In this document: in pieces, positions 49,619-49,745 of the stretch
Layout of the letters: the number at the start of each line of letters is the position of its first letter
Position numbering within the stretch: the first letter of the stretch is position 1
From: Sarea resinae
Lineage: Eukaryota
Direction: 5' to 3'
DNA length: 49,745 bases
NCBI GenBank assembly: GCA_026026165.1
Contig: JAPEUD010000076.1
Location: 62,001 to 111,745 of the forward strand
Position numbers and translations under genes: made by a program
Notes under the pieces: generated by a model
What the model was told of the DNA's origin: nothing
The model's database searches: none
The model's input: the letters and a program-made list of their open reading frames with translations, nothing else

Positions 49619-49745
49619 CTTCTTCTTCTTCTTCTTCTTCTTCTTCTTCTTCTTCTTCTTCTTCTTCTTCTTCTTCTTCTTCTTCTTCTTCTTCTTCTTC
49701 TTCTTCTTCTTCTTCTTCTTCTTCTTCTTCTTCTTCTTCTTCTTC
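49619..49745. repeat. Perfect (CTT/AAG)n trinucleotide microsatellite, >=42 units, runs off window end
   Basis: Uninterrupted CTT repeats to position 49745. Confidence 0.98.

Noticed and set aside
1..49745. tRNA, rRNA, snRNA, TPP riboswitch or secondary-metabolite cluster
   Set aside because: By eye I saw no cloverleaf, rRNA or TPP-aptamer signature and no PKS, NRPS or terpene backbone gene. Small ncRNAs cannot be excluded without an Infernal/Rfam scan.

Overview
Intron-containing genomic DNA from a filamentous ascomycete (Pezizomycotina-type: short 45-150 nt introns, GTRAGT donors, CTRAC/CTRAY branch points), with intergenic spacers very rich in simple repeats. In order it carries: U1 snRNP protein C (runs off the left edge), ORM1/ORMDL, an Air1/Air2-type zinc-knuckle protein, a ~1750-aa mostly disordered protein, a ~5.5 kb block of decayed ORFs (17.1-22.6 kb), a conserved hypothetical gene head-to-head with a family-3 aldehyde dehydrogenase, an FLC/TRP-like channel, a stand-alone RNase H, a nonsense-interrupted pseudogene, HAS1 helicase, an ACS-type MFS transporter and a sterol glucosyltransferase-like GT1. 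A compound microsatellite tract closes the window. The most notable observation is in the U1-C gene. Its conserved N-terminus (MPKFFCDYC) can only be assembled if intron 1 is a non-canonical AT-AC intron (ATAAGT...CTGAC...CAC) followed by a 6-nt microexon. U1-C itself tunes 5' splice-site recognition, so this is a candidate splicing autoregulatory switch. All gene models were assembled by eye, without database searches.
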